A DNA stretch of 64,000 bases from Promethearchaeota archaeon (GTDB lineage Archaea > Asgardarchaeota > Lokiarchaeia > Sigyniarchaeales > SOKP01): assembly GCA_048938855.1 (NCBI GenBank), contig JBHLLT010000011.1, positions 42,400 through 106,399 of the forward strand, written 5' to 3'. Positions 10,024-19,409 of this stretch are shown piece by piece; positions within the stretch are counted from its first letter, which is position 1, and the number at the start of each line of letters is the position of its first letter. The position numbers and the translations under genes were made by a program. Below the pieces are notes generated by a model, which was given only the letters and a program-made list of their open reading frames with translations, searched no databases and was not told the origin of the DNA.

Positions 10024-10435
10024 TTTCTTCTATTATTATTTGTTTAAATATGTTTTTAATCTTATTTAAAGAGTCATTTAATCCTGTTGCTTTTGCTTCA
10101 TTTAAATTTAAATTCAAATAACTCTCATAATAGAATTGATTTTCAATAATTAAAACTCCTGATGTATGAATAATTTGATAATTTTGAAGTATATCAGAAA
10201 TTTTATCAAACATTTCTTTTGAAAAGTCATTTGTAGAAAAGGTTACTTTTATTATTTTCTCTTTATTTAAAGGATAAATTGTAAGTTTTATAGAGTTCTC
10301 TATAATTGATTGAATTATTAAAAGAAAAGGATTATGCTTTAGATCTTTAATATCTAATAATGAAAGTTTAAATTTAATACCAGATATATCCTTGATACGC
10401 TGTATTTTTGCTTTTGTTAAATTGTATACTTTCAT
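10001..10435 (-). CDS. Hypothetical protein, possible C-terminal ACT-like domain
   Basis: 144-aa ORF; beta-alpha-beta-beta-alpha pattern around IIHTSG is suggestive only. Confidence 0.6.
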   Translation of the reverse strand: MKVYNLTKAKIQRIKDISGIKFKLSLLDIKDLKHNPFLLIIQSIIENSIKLTIYPLNKEKIIKVTFSTNDFSKEMFDKISDILQNYQIIHTSGVLIIENQFYYESYLNLNLNEAKATGLNDSLNKIKNIFKQIIIEEIGLKKHK

Positions 10436-10459
10436 TTTCTAAACATACTATTTGTTATA

Positions 10460-10804
10460 TTATATTGTATATCTATTTTTTTTATTAATTCTCTTTTTTA
10501 GTGATGATATAGTTCCTGAAGTCTTAAATGGCGAGAGAATAACTTTAACTCCTTCGATTTCTTTAACAAGACTTATGGCAGAAATTATAGTCTCTTTCGT
10601 CAAGTGAGAACATCTAATAATCCCGTAATCTTCATCCATATTAAGCTCTAGAAGCCATAATCCAATTTTGTTTGCCTCTTTCAAACCAAAATATCGCCAG
10701 ATTGATTGCCAAATTGATTTTAAAAGGGAATTTTTAGTGATCTCCTTTTCATTTTCTTTAATTATTTTAAAATAAATATATCTTTGTCGTTCTTTTTGAT
10801 TTAT
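10460..10804 (-). CDS. rnp2: RNase P protein subunit Rpp14/Pop5, probable ATA start
   Basis: Frame extends upstream of the ORF-track start to INQKERQRYIYFKI (Pop5 RxRY motif); GIIRC and TSGTI motifs; follows rnp3. Confidence 0.88.
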   Translation of the reverse strand: MNQKERQRYIYFKIIKENEKEITKNSLLKSIWQSIWRYFGLKEANKIGLWLLELNMDEDYGIIRCSHLTKETIISAISLVKEIEGVKVILSPFKTSGTISSLKKRINKKNRYTI

Positions 10805-10806
10805 TT

Positions 10807-11526
10807 TTAATCTCCCTCCTTAATTAATCTAACCTCTGGTTCAATATTATCGTTAAAATGTTTTTCTTTTCGCTCCAATAATAAAATTGGGTTTTTCATG
10901 AAGATTTTCTTAGCTTTTTCTAAAGAGATACCTAAAAGCGAATTGCAAATACTTAACAATGCTCTTGGATGCCTAAGATCATACAAATCATCAAAATTTC
11001 CACTAATGATACAATTTGCTTTATTTTTTAAAGCCAATTGGATAAATCTGTATAAATTTCTGAAATTCTTTGATTGAATTGTCTTGTTTGATATTGTAAT
11101 TGAAGCTAATGAGAATTCTAAAAACGAATTATTTTGTTTTGTAAGTGATATTACTCCCGGAGTAAGAGTCTTAATAATTTGTGGATCAGAAAAGGAGATA
11201 ATATCAACTCTTGAATCTTTCGCTGCTTGTAATTGAACTTCTTTATTAAAGGATTCAATTGAGAGAATATCAGGAAAATGGTTGTAGAATTTAATCTTAT
11301 TTTTAAAATCGTCAAGATTCTCAATCCTTAAATTAATTCGAAAAAAGATATTTAGTTTTGTTTTACTCCATATTTTTTTTTTAAATTGTGGTGGAATCAA
11401 CTTTGTATTTTTTTTTGGCTCTAAAATAACATTTTTAATTCTTAACTTTTCACAAAATTCTAGTTTTTCAGAAATTTCAGTAAAATTATCAAAATCTACG
11501 GGGAGCCTTGATTCAAAATATGGCAA
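10807..11526 (-). CDS. rnp3: RNase P protein subunit p30 (Rpp30)
   Basis: AAKDSRVDIIS, FLEFSL, IISGN..DLYDLRHPR; adjacent to Pop5. Confidence 0.9.
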   Translation of the reverse strand: MPYFESRLPVDFDNFTEISEKLEFCEKLRIKNVILEPKKNTKLIPPQFKKKIWSKTKLNIFFRINLRIENLDDFKNKIKFYNHFPDILSIESFNKEVQLQAAKDSRVDIISFSDPQIIKTLTPGVISLTKQNNSFLEFSLASITISNKTIQSKNFRNLYRFIQLALKNKANCIISGNFDDLYDLRHPRALLSICNSLLGISLEKAKKIFMKNPILLLERKEKHFNDNIEPEVRLIKEGD

Positions 11527-11651
11527 AAATGATATAACCTCAAAAAACTATTAAAATCTCTATATTAATCTAAAGAACTGTAAAAATAAAAAAATTTTAT
11601 TATAAATAAATATTAAAGATTTTAGTTTTTGAATTTATGTGAGGATTTCTC

Positions 11652-12941
11652 GTGGCAAAAAAAAGAAAGCTTTCAGAAATCAGAAAGAAGGTTGAAGATG
11701 GGTCTGCTATTGTATTAACAGTCCAAGAGTTAATAGATCAGATAAGTGAAGGTGAGAAAATTAAATTTGAAGATGTAGATATTGTTACAACCGCTACAAA
11801 AGGACTTATGAGTGGAATTATGGGAATTTTCTCGTTTCGTCTTTCACCACCGAAAACTTTAAGAAAATTTACCGAAGTTGATATCAATGGAATTCCAGCT
11901 TTCCCTGGTCCGTGTCCAAATGAATATTTAGGTATAGTAGATTTAATTATATATGGAACTACTCAAAGTCGTACGAAAGATAACTATTGTGGTGGTTCCT
12001 TATTTAGAGAAATTGTTGAAGGGAAACCTATAAATGTCTTAGCTAAGAGTGCTGAGGGTGAAACTATCGAAAAAATAATGAAATTAGAAGATATGCAATT
12101 TGCTAAATTAATAGGAACTAGACAAGCCATTAAGAATTACAATGCAATGATTAACTGTGAGAATTATCAAGTTAATACAATTTTCTCATGTCTTCCTTTT
12201 GAACCAGGTAAAACAGAACTTACATTTTCTGGATGTGGAGCACTTAATCCATTTCAAAATGATCCCAATTTTGCATCATTCGGAGTGGGTTCTCCGGTTC
12301 TTGTAAACGGAAATATAGGCCATCTTATGGGTCCTGGAACTCGTAATTATATTGAAAAACCTAATATGATGACAATCGCTCCTTTCGATGGAATGAAACC
12401 AGACTATATGGGAGCTTTTAAAACTTCTTATGGTTTAGAACCAATTTGTAGCTTAGCCTTACCGATTCCTATATTAAATGAAAATATTTTCAACAATTTA
12501 GCAAAATCTGATAAATTGGTTAAATTACCAATTTTAAGTCTAGTAGGACGGGAGAAGGTTGGAGAAATTACCTATGGCGATGTTTGGGACAATAACTATC
12601 TCATGAGGTTTGATCCAGATGCTTGTAAAAACTGCGAAGAATGCAAAGCTATTGATAAATGCCCTACTAATGCGTTTATTATAAAAGATAGCAGGATTTC
12701 TGCTATAGATCGCTCGCGTTGTTTCAATTGTGGCAATTGTACTCATATATGTCCCGATGCATTTGAATTAGATTTAAAAACAATTAAATTTGAAGGAGAT
12801 AATCTTCCAGTTGTTTTAAGACAATCAGATAGATATGGCGCAATAAAGTTAGCTGAACAACTAAAATCAATGATATTAAAAGGGAACTTTCCCTTAAGAA
12901 AACCAATTAGTAAATTACAATTTGCAGAAGAAGTAAAATAA
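11652..12941 (+). CDS. DUF39 family (methanogenesis marker 16-like) metalloprotein with ferredoxin domain
   Basis: VDIVTTAT.GLMSG, GPCPNE.LG.VD, FSGCGALNPFQNDP, GTR; CxxCxxC..CP and CxxCxxCxxxCP clusters; LRQSDR. Confidence 0.82.
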   Translation: MAKKRKLSEIRKKVEDGSAIVLTVQELIDQISEGEKIKFEDVDIVTTATKGLMSGIMGIFSFRLSPPKTLRKFTEVDINGIPAFPGPCPNEYLGIVDLIIYGTTQSRTKDNYCGGSLFREIVEGKPINVLAKSAEGETIEKIMKLEDMQFAKLIGTRQAIKNYNAMINCENYQVNTIFSCLPFEPGKTELTFSGCGALNPFQNDPNFASFGVGSPVLVNGNIGHLMGPGTRNYIEKPNMMTIAPFDGMKPDYMGAFKTSYGLEPICSLALPIPILNENIFNNLAKSDKLVKLPILSLVGREKVGEITYGDVWDNNYLMRFDPDACKNCEECKAIDKCPTNAFIIKDSRISAIDRSRCFNCGNCTHICPDAFELDLKTIKFEGDNLPVVLRQSDRYGAIKLAEQLKSMILKGNFPLRKPISKLQFAEEVK

Positions 12942-13032
12942 AAATAAGTGAATATCTTTAGGCAATAATTTTACATATTTGTTCATCTCAACTTATAAAA
13001 AACTTTATTTTTAATTTGTAATAGGTTTAAAT

Positions 13033-14769
13033 ATGTCAAGTCAAATATTTGATGGTGGCGATTTAGTTGTTAAATGCCTCATAAAAGAGGGTATAACAAA
13101 GATATTTGGATTAGTCGGTGGAGAATTATTAAGAATCTATGATGCTATTGAAAGATGGGGCAGAGACCAAGGTATAGACACAGTAATGGTTAGACATGAA
13201 CAAGCTGGAGGACATATGGCAGATGCTTGGGCCCGATCTACTGGAGAAATAGGAGTCTGTCTTGGAACGGTTGGTCCAGGAGTAACACACCTAGTACCTG
13301 CTGTAGCAGCAGCTAATGCGGACTCAATTCCTCTGCTTGTTATAGGGGCACAAATTGGTCGAATGTTTGAAGATACTGGAATTTTACAAGGAGGAATTGA
13401 TCAACTAGCCCTAATGAAGCCTATAACTAAAACTCAGATACAAGTTGAAGAACCTGAAGAAATTCCACGCGCAATTCAAAAAGCCATAAAAACTGCTCTA
13501 TCTGGAAGAAGAGGTCCAGTTTATTTAGAATTCAGGGAGACTGCATTGGTAAGGACTGCTACAAAAGAAGATTTCCAAAAGATTTTGGAACCGGAAAAAT
13601 ATAGAGCATTATATAGACCTAGCGGTGCTCAAGTAGAAATTGAAAAAGCTGTTGATATTTTAAATAATGCTAAAAAACCATTAATGATAGCTGGTGGTGG
13701 AGTAATTGCTTCAGAAGCTTCAGAAGATATAAAAATTCTGTCAGAAACATATATGATACCAACAAGTACTACTATTAATGGCATCGGTTCGATTGGAAGA
13801 GATAAAAAGACATTTTTAGATTCTTATTTAATTAATAATGCATATAGAACAGCAGCCTTACAAGCGGATGTAGTTTTATCATTTGGCTGTAAATGGGATT
13901 ACTCAATATTTTATGGGGCACCTCCGTTATGGAATCAAAATCAGAAAATTATTCAAGTTGATATTGATTCAAACGAAATTGGGAAAAATAGACCCATTGA
14001 AATAGGTTTTGTCAGTGATTGCAAAGCTGTAATAAGACAATTATTAGATAAAATGGAAAAAACCTTACCAAAGAGTAAAATATCAGAATGGTCAGAATGG
14101 AACACTTATTTACAAGAACTCTGTAAAAATCAATTAGATACAAATTTAAAAATCCTTAATTATAAGAAGTTACCAATGAAACCTGAACGGCTTATTTATG
14201 AAGTATTTGATTATATTCCTGAAGACGCACAAATTGTTCTTGATGGAGGGGATATTGTAGTTTTTTCTTATAAATTTATTAATTTAAAACCGCGACCTCC
14301 GCGGTCCACATTTTATCCAATATCTATGGGGCATTTAGGAGTAGGTATACCATATTCAATTGGAGTAAAAATGGCGAAACCCGAAAAACTTGTTATTTGT
14401 CTAACAGGAGATGGAAGTTTTCTCTTTAATGTTCAAGAGTTAGAAACTGCTGTAAGATTAAATTTACCAATAATAATAGTTATTGCAAATAATTGTGCAT
14501 GGGGAATGATAAAGAGTAATCAGAAAAAAAGTGTAAATAAAAGATATTGTGATGTAGATTTTCCTCCAATTGATTATTCTAAAATTGCAGAAGGTTTTGG
14601 GTGTTATGGAGAAAAAATTGAAAATCCAGATGATATAAAACCAGCTTTAAAAAGAGCAATTGAGTCAAAAAAACCTGCAGTTTTAGATGTTAATATTGCA
14701 TTTGAAACACCTCCTCCAATGAGCTTATTAGCTCAATATAAAAAAAATAAAGGTTTATTTGGTAAATAA
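13033..14769 (+). CDS. Thiamine pyrophosphate-dependent enzyme (acetolactate synthase/2-hydroxyacyl-CoA lyase-like)
   Basis: RHEQAGGHMADAWAR, GPG, GPVYLE, GDGSF...NN TPP-binding motif. Confidence 0.9.
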   Translation: MSSQIFDGGDLVVKCLIKEGITKIFGLVGGELLRIYDAIERWGRDQGIDTVMVRHEQAGGHMADAWARSTGEIGVCLGTVGPGVTHLVPAVAAANADSIPLLVIGAQIGRMFEDTGILQGGIDQLALMKPITKTQIQVEEPEEIPRAIQKAIKTALSGRRGPVYLEFRETALVRTATKEDFQKILEPEKYRALYRPSGAQVEIEKAVDILNNAKKPLMIAGGGVIASEASEDIKILSETYMIPTSTTINGIGSIGRDKKTFLDSYLINNAYRTAALQADVVLSFGCKWDYSIFYGAPPLWNQNQKIIQVDIDSNEIGKNRPIEIGFVSDCKAVIRQLLDKMEKTLPKSKISEWSEWNTYLQELCKNQLDTNLKILNYKKLPMKPERLIYEVFDYIPEDAQIVLDGGDIVVFSYKFINLKPRPPRSTFYPISMGHLGVGIPYSIGVKMAKPEKLVICLTGDGSFLFNVQELETAVRLNLPIIIVIANNCAWGMIKSNQKKSVNKRYCDVDFPPIDYSKIAEGFGCYGEKIENPDDIKPALKRAIESKKPAVLDVNIAFETPPPMSLLAQYKKNKGLFGK

Positions 14770-14792
14770 TATCTATCTAAATGTGAACAAAT

Positions 14793-15599
14793 ATGTCAGA
14801 AGAAAACTTTTTAAAAGGAAAAGTCGCTTTAATAACAGGTGCAGGTGGAGCTGGATTTGGAAGAGAAATGGCAAAAGCATTTGCTAGCAAAGGAGCAGAT
14901 TTAGTTATTAATGATATTAATGATGAAGGGTTAGATCAAACACGCGAAATTATTCTTAAAGATTATAACGCTGAAGTTTTTATAGCTAAAGCTGACATTT
15001 CTGATTCTGAACAAGTGAAAGAAATGGCTGAGAGTGTGCTTGAGAAATTCGATAATATTTTTTTATTAGTCAATAACGCAGGAATTGATGGTGGATTGTA
15101 TACCACTTTAAAACAAAAAGAAGCGATGTATGATAAGATCATGGGGATTAACTTGAAAGGTGCTTGGAATGTTACTAAAGCCTTTTATAAACAAATGAGA
15201 AGACAAAAGCATTTTATTCCAATTGCAGGAAAAATAATCAATATTGTTTCATGTGCAGGTACAGCAAATGGTGCTAATCCCCAAGTAGGCATCTATAGTG
15301 TAAGTAAAGCTGGTTTATTAGCATTTACCAGATTATGGGCTCTTGAATTGGGTAAGAACAATATTACTGTTAATGCTATTTCTCCAGGAGTATTCTTAAC
15401 ACCGATGTATAACAACGACCCTAAACTTATCAGAGATTTTTTGAAAACTAGAGGTGTAAGATTACCTATTGATAGAATTGGAGAAAAAAAAAGTGTTGCT
15501 GATGCCGCGTTATTCCTAGCTTCACCAGGAGCAGACTATATCACTGGTCAAAATATAATAATTGATGGCGGAATGACAATTAGTGTAAATAAATTGTAA
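14793..15599 (+). CDS. SDR family oxidoreductase
   Basis: TGAGGAGFG, LVNNAG, YSVSK, VNAISPG, ITGQ.I.IDGG. Confidence 0.93.
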   Translation: MSEENFLKGKVALITGAGGAGFGREMAKAFASKGADLVINDINDEGLDQTREIILKDYNAEVFIAKADISDSEQVKEMAESVLEKFDNIFLLVNNAGIDGGLYTTLKQKEAMYDKIMGINLKGAWNVTKAFYKQMRRQKHFIPIAGKIINIVSCAGTANGANPQVGIYSVSKAGLLAFTRLWALELGKNNITVNAISPGVFLTPMYNNDPKLIRDFLKTRGVRLPIDRIGEKKSVADAALFLASPGADYITGQNIIIDGGMTISVNKL

Positions 15600-15643
15600 T
15601 TTTATCTAAATTTTTTAAAAAAAGATAATGCAAAGATATTAAT

Positions 15644-16228
15644 CTATTTACCGCGTCCTTTATTGGCTCTAATACTTGGCCGAGTTTTTTCAGAACCCCA
15701 TCCTCTTTTATGTAAACCTCGTGCTCTGTTTCCAGCAGAAGTTAGGCCCCGAGTTACTCTTTTTGTATGTTGTGGTTCAGATATCCATGTTATTTTTGGA
15801 TCTGCTTTAATAACGGGGTGGTTAGGATCTACTAAAATTGTTTCATAGTACCAATGTTTCCCATCAGCATATACTTTGTAACTATTTAAGACCTGCATGT
15901 TTGGATATTTTCTCTGAACTCGTTCCTCAGCGATCCATTGAAGGTTCTTCCCAGTAGTATATTTAGAAACACCCATTGCTCTTGGTTTTCTTCCTCGCTT
16001 CGGACGAACTTTATGCATTCCTCCTTTTCTTATTCTTGCTCGAACTATTATGTATCCCTGCTTTGCCTTATACCCTAATGTTCTAGCTCGATGAATATTT
16101 GTAGGTTTTTCAACTCTTTGGATTGATTTACCTTTACGATATTCAACTCCGCGATACCAGTGTGGTGTTTGAAATCCTTTTTCATGTTTCTCAAACGTTT
16201 CTTTCACATAACTATATCCTGACTTCAA
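15644..16228 (-). CDS. rpl15e: 50S ribosomal protein L15e
   Basis: ARTLGYKAKQG, AEERVQRKYPN.QVLNSY, LVDPNHPVIKAD, RGLTSAG. Confidence 0.97.
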   Translation of the reverse strand: MKSGYSYVKETFEKHEKGFQTPHWYRGVEYRKGKSIQRVEKPTNIHRARTLGYKAKQGYIIVRARIRKGGMHKVRPKRGRKPRAMGVSKYTTGKNLQWIAEERVQRKYPNMQVLNSYKVYADGKHWYYETILVDPNHPVIKADPKITWISEPQHTKRVTRGLTSAGNRARGLHKRGWGSEKTRPSIRANKGRGK

Positions 16229-16382
16229 CTTTACACTGCACTCTATTGTTTTATTATATCCTTAAAAGTTAACAGAAATTAATTAATTTTATTATTTTCT
16301 ATTATGAGCAAAAATTTTAGGATGCTCTCTAACTATATTAATTAGAAACTATTTAATAAAAAGCCATGGAGAATCAGTTATA

Positions 16383-16868
16383 GTGAAAAAAACGAATAGA
16401 AATGGAAAAGATTCAAAAAAAGTTGAAATTGAAGATTCAAACGGTTTAAAAATTTCCTATGATAAAGACGAATTAAGCAACCAATTTCCTCATTTGATTG
16501 AGGAAATTTCAACTAAAAAGAAATCTTTAAAAATTGAATCAATTAATATGGATATAGAACCAGAAAAAGAGAAGACGCCACAGAAAACTAACAATCTTTA
16601 TCTTAATGAATTATACAATCCTGGTGTAGTAGACTTTTTAAGAAGATGCAAAAGTACGGAAGACGCAATTGATATATTGGAATACTTAATGACAAGAAAA
16701 GAAATTTCCCTTGAAGATTACAATAAATATAAGAAAATCATTTCACAAGAAGGAGGATTAAAGCAACTTATTAATGAACATGGTGGCTTAAAAAGACCAG
16801 GATATTATATGAGAAAGTATTATAAAAAAGAGAATAATAATCAAGAATTAAATACTAAACCAGATTAA
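16383..16868 (+). CDS. DUF2095 family protein
   Basis: FPHLIEEI, YNPGVVDFLRRC..EDAIDILEYL..RKEIS, GYY. Confidence 0.75.
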   Translation: MKKTNRNGKDSKKVEIEDSNGLKISYDKDELSNQFPHLIEEISTKKKSLKIESINMDIEPEKEKTPQKTNNLYLNELYNPGVVDFLRRCKSTEDAIDILEYLMTRKEISLEDYNKYKKIISQEGGLKQLINEHGGLKRPGYYMRKYYKKENNNQELNTKPD

Positions 16869-16876
16869 TATCTATC

Positions 16877-16949
16877 GACAGATGATGAACTTATGACAAA
16901 GTTAGCTACTTGCTCGGTAGCAATGACATTGTCGCCCCAAACTGATGTC
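16877..16949 (+). ncRNA. C/D-box methylation guide sRNA, predicted target 23S rRNA P-loop G2251 (E. coli numbering)
   Basis: GACA/TGTC terminal stem, C box ATGATGA 16882-16888, D box CTGA 16942-16945, guide TGTCGCCCCAAA 16930-16941. Confidence 0.82.
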
Positions 16950-16961
16950 ATTTCTTATATA

Positions 16962-17213
16962 TTAAATTCCTGCTAATCTCTTTCTAAAACGAATTCCTTT
17001 CTCTGTTAAAAAATATTCATCATTATTCTGTTGAATAAGACCTAAATCACGTAAAACAGGTATCCTCCCATTTATACAAGATATAGGTAAACCAGAAAAT
17101 AATTTTATAGTTTCATAGTTTTTAGCTCCATTATTAATAGCAACCAGTATTTCAATTCCCATATAACCTAAGAGATTTTTCAAATCCTCATAAGTTTCTT
17201 CGTTTTTGGGCAT
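16962..17213 (-). CDS. Small winged helix-turn-helix protein
   Basis: 83 aa; EILVAI..GAKNYETI..SGLP..L..LGLI..YFLTEKG wing motif. Confidence 0.75.
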   Translation of the reverse strand: MPKNEETYEDLKNLLGYMGIEILVAINNGAKNYETIKLFSGLPISCINGRIPVLRDLGLIQQNNDEYFLTEKGIRFRKRLAGI

Positions 17214-17332
17214 TTTTATCTAATCTTAAAAATATTATTTTCTGGGAGTTACTTTTTTTTAGAATTTCTGCTTTTTTTATTTTTTGCTGATCCTTCACTT
17301 TCATTTACTTTTTTTTAATCTGCAATTACGGG

Positions 17333-18454
17333 TTAAGATTCTTTTGGTAGTAGTTTTCTCATCCATTCCGGAAATGCTGTTGTTATTTGCAAATTAGTTT
17401 TTAAAACAATATATGTCTCGCCATTGTAGTTTAATTCTTCAATTACATCAAAACTTTTCAGGAAATCTATATTTTCCATTAAAGAATCTAAAGATTTTTT
17501 AGAAATTTTTTTTGGCAATTTATCTTTTGATATCAAACCGTTTCTTAATTCTGAAAGAATATTATATTTTTTTGGATCCGCCATAACTTGATATAATGTA
17601 AAAGCATCTTCCTTAATTTGCTCCCGGGTTTTCTTTTCATATTCACTAAAATATTCTTGCACTTTTGGGAGGAGTATTTCAATCAATTCTGGTTTATCAT
17701 CAATATATTCAATAATACTATCTGGAGGTATTCTTTCAGCATTTACTTCTTTTACAAGAAGTACATACTTTTCAACTAATCCTATTTGATTAATGAAAAT
17801 AAATTGTCGTTCATCTAGGATTTCAATAATTTCATTAAACTCTTTTTCTGGAAAATTCTCAACAAACCATTCTCTAAGGCCTTCTAATAAGATAGGACCT
17901 TCAGATAACTTCTCTAATGTCATAAAAATGTGTTTATCATTTAATAAGATAGCAATTTCTTCTTCTTCGGTTTTTTCCCTTGTATCCTCAATAATTAACC
18001 AGTATAGATTATCTACCCAGACTTTAATTAAAGCTTCATTTTTCCGGATACTCTCCTGATCTTCTTCCTCAAAATTATTTATATCATTTATATAAAATGC
18101 AGTATAAATTTCTTCATTTGATTGTAATTGTTCAGAAAATTCTGTACATAAAATTGAGATTTTTTCTTCATCTTCAGTAGGAATTTGCTGGTCAATAATT
18201 GTTGAAACCATCAGCATTTCTTTGTTTCCTCTAGCCCAATCAGAATGGATCTCGAAATAATAATTTAATGATTTAAGATTTTCAAAAGAATGTGTAAAAA
18301 AACCTTCACTAAATTGCTGATCCATAATATTAGCTATTTTAAGAGATAATTCTTTTTCCAACGTATCCGCTGGGTAAGAATAAAAAACAATTGGACCAAT
18401 TTTACGATGAAAGTATGATAAAGTAACGATGGTTTTCAATAAATGGATCTCCAT
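17333..18454 (-). CDS. Longin/uDENN-domain protein, NPRL2-like, with C-terminal wHTH-like region
   Basis: N-terminal IVTLSYFHRKIGPIVFYSYP matches the uDENN/NPR2 'FHxxxGP' start; ARGNKE motif. Confidence 0.6.
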   Translation of the reverse strand: MEIHLLKTIVTLSYFHRKIGPIVFYSYPADTLEKELSLKIANIMDQQFSEGFFTHSFENLKSLNYYFEIHSDWARGNKEMLMVSTIIDQQIPTEDEEKISILCTEFSEQLQSNEEIYTAFYINDINNFEEEDQESIRKNEALIKVWVDNLYWLIIEDTREKTEEEEIAILLNDKHIFMTLEKLSEGPILLEGLREWFVENFPEKEFNEIIEILDERQFIFINQIGLVEKYVLLVKEVNAERIPPDSIIEYIDDKPELIEILLPKVQEYFSEYEKKTREQIKEDAFTLYQVMADPKKYNILSELRNGLISKDKLPKKISKKSLDSLMENIDFLKSFDVIEELNYNGETYIVLKTNLQITTAFPEWMRKLLPKES

Positions 18455-18645
18455 TAAGATTTAATTATTAAAATTGAAGAACAGCTTTTTTTATCTATTA
18501 CCTAGAAAAAATTAATATTGAAGATTATATATTATTAAAGATAAATAAATTTATCTTAACTCAACATCTAATATCATAGAGTAATTAATTTTAGCAAATA
18601 GTATAAAAAATTTTATGGAATTTAAGACAAAATCAAAATCTAAAA

Positions 18646-19401
18646 ATGAGCCCTATAAAATTAATCGGATTTGACTTGGATGATTGTTTATTTGATTCAA
18701 CTGGTTTATCTGAGAAAGCAAGAATTAAAGGTCTCGATGCAATGATTAGATTGGGATTAGATATTGATAAAGAGAATGCTGTTCGGATTTTAAGGGAAAT
18801 AGTGAATGAATATGGCTCAAATTCCTCAAAACATTACAATTATTTCATAAGAAGATTAAATCAAATGGAGGATAGTATTAAAAATATTTCCTATAATGAT
18901 AGTTATAAATATATAGCAGCAGCAGTCATGGCATATCATACAGAAAAGGTAAATTCTATAAAACTTTATGAGGACGTAGAAGAGAATTTGAATAAATTAA
19001 AAGAACTCTCAATAAAAACAGTCATTATAACTGATGGAATTCCGATAAAGCAATATGAGAAAATTTTAAGACTTAATATTGATAAATTAATTGATTTAGT
19101 AGTTATATCCGATGAAATTGGTATAAAAAAGCCCAACCCAGAATTATTTAATTATTGTTTGAAAAAATTTGGAGTTAATGGCCGAGAGACCATATATGTT
19201 GGAGATCGTATTGATATGGACATAATTCCAGCTAATTTAAACGATATATATAGTGTTTATGTACATCGTGGAGGTAAATATGATAGTTATAAAGCAAATC
19301 TTTCTATTCAAGGAGATTTTCAGCCAGATTATGAGATAACAAATTTAAGCGAATTATTTAATATAATCCAAGAGATTAACGCGAAAGAAAAAAGTTTATA
19401 G
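18646..19401 (+). CDS. HAD-superfamily hydrolase
   Basis: FDLDDCL, ITDG, KKPNPELF, YVGDRIDMDI. Confidence 0.92.
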   Translation: MSPIKLIGFDLDDCLFDSTGLSEKARIKGLDAMIRLGLDIDKENAVRILREIVNEYGSNSSKHYNYFIRRLNQMEDSIKNISYNDSYKYIAAAVMAYHTEKVNSIKLYEDVEENLNKLKELSIKTVIITDGIPIKQYEKILRLNIDKLIDLVVISDEIGIKKPNPELFNYCLKKFGVNGRETIYVGDRIDMDIIPANLNDIYSVYVHRGGKYDSYKANLSIQGDFQPDYEITNLSELFNIIQEINAKEKSL

Positions 19402-19409
19402 TATTTAAA

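Noticed and set aside
16865-16951. 28-aa minus-strand ORF MTSVWGDNVIATEQVANFVISSSSVDRY
   Set aside because: Exactly antisense to the C/D sRNA, which explains the sequence better
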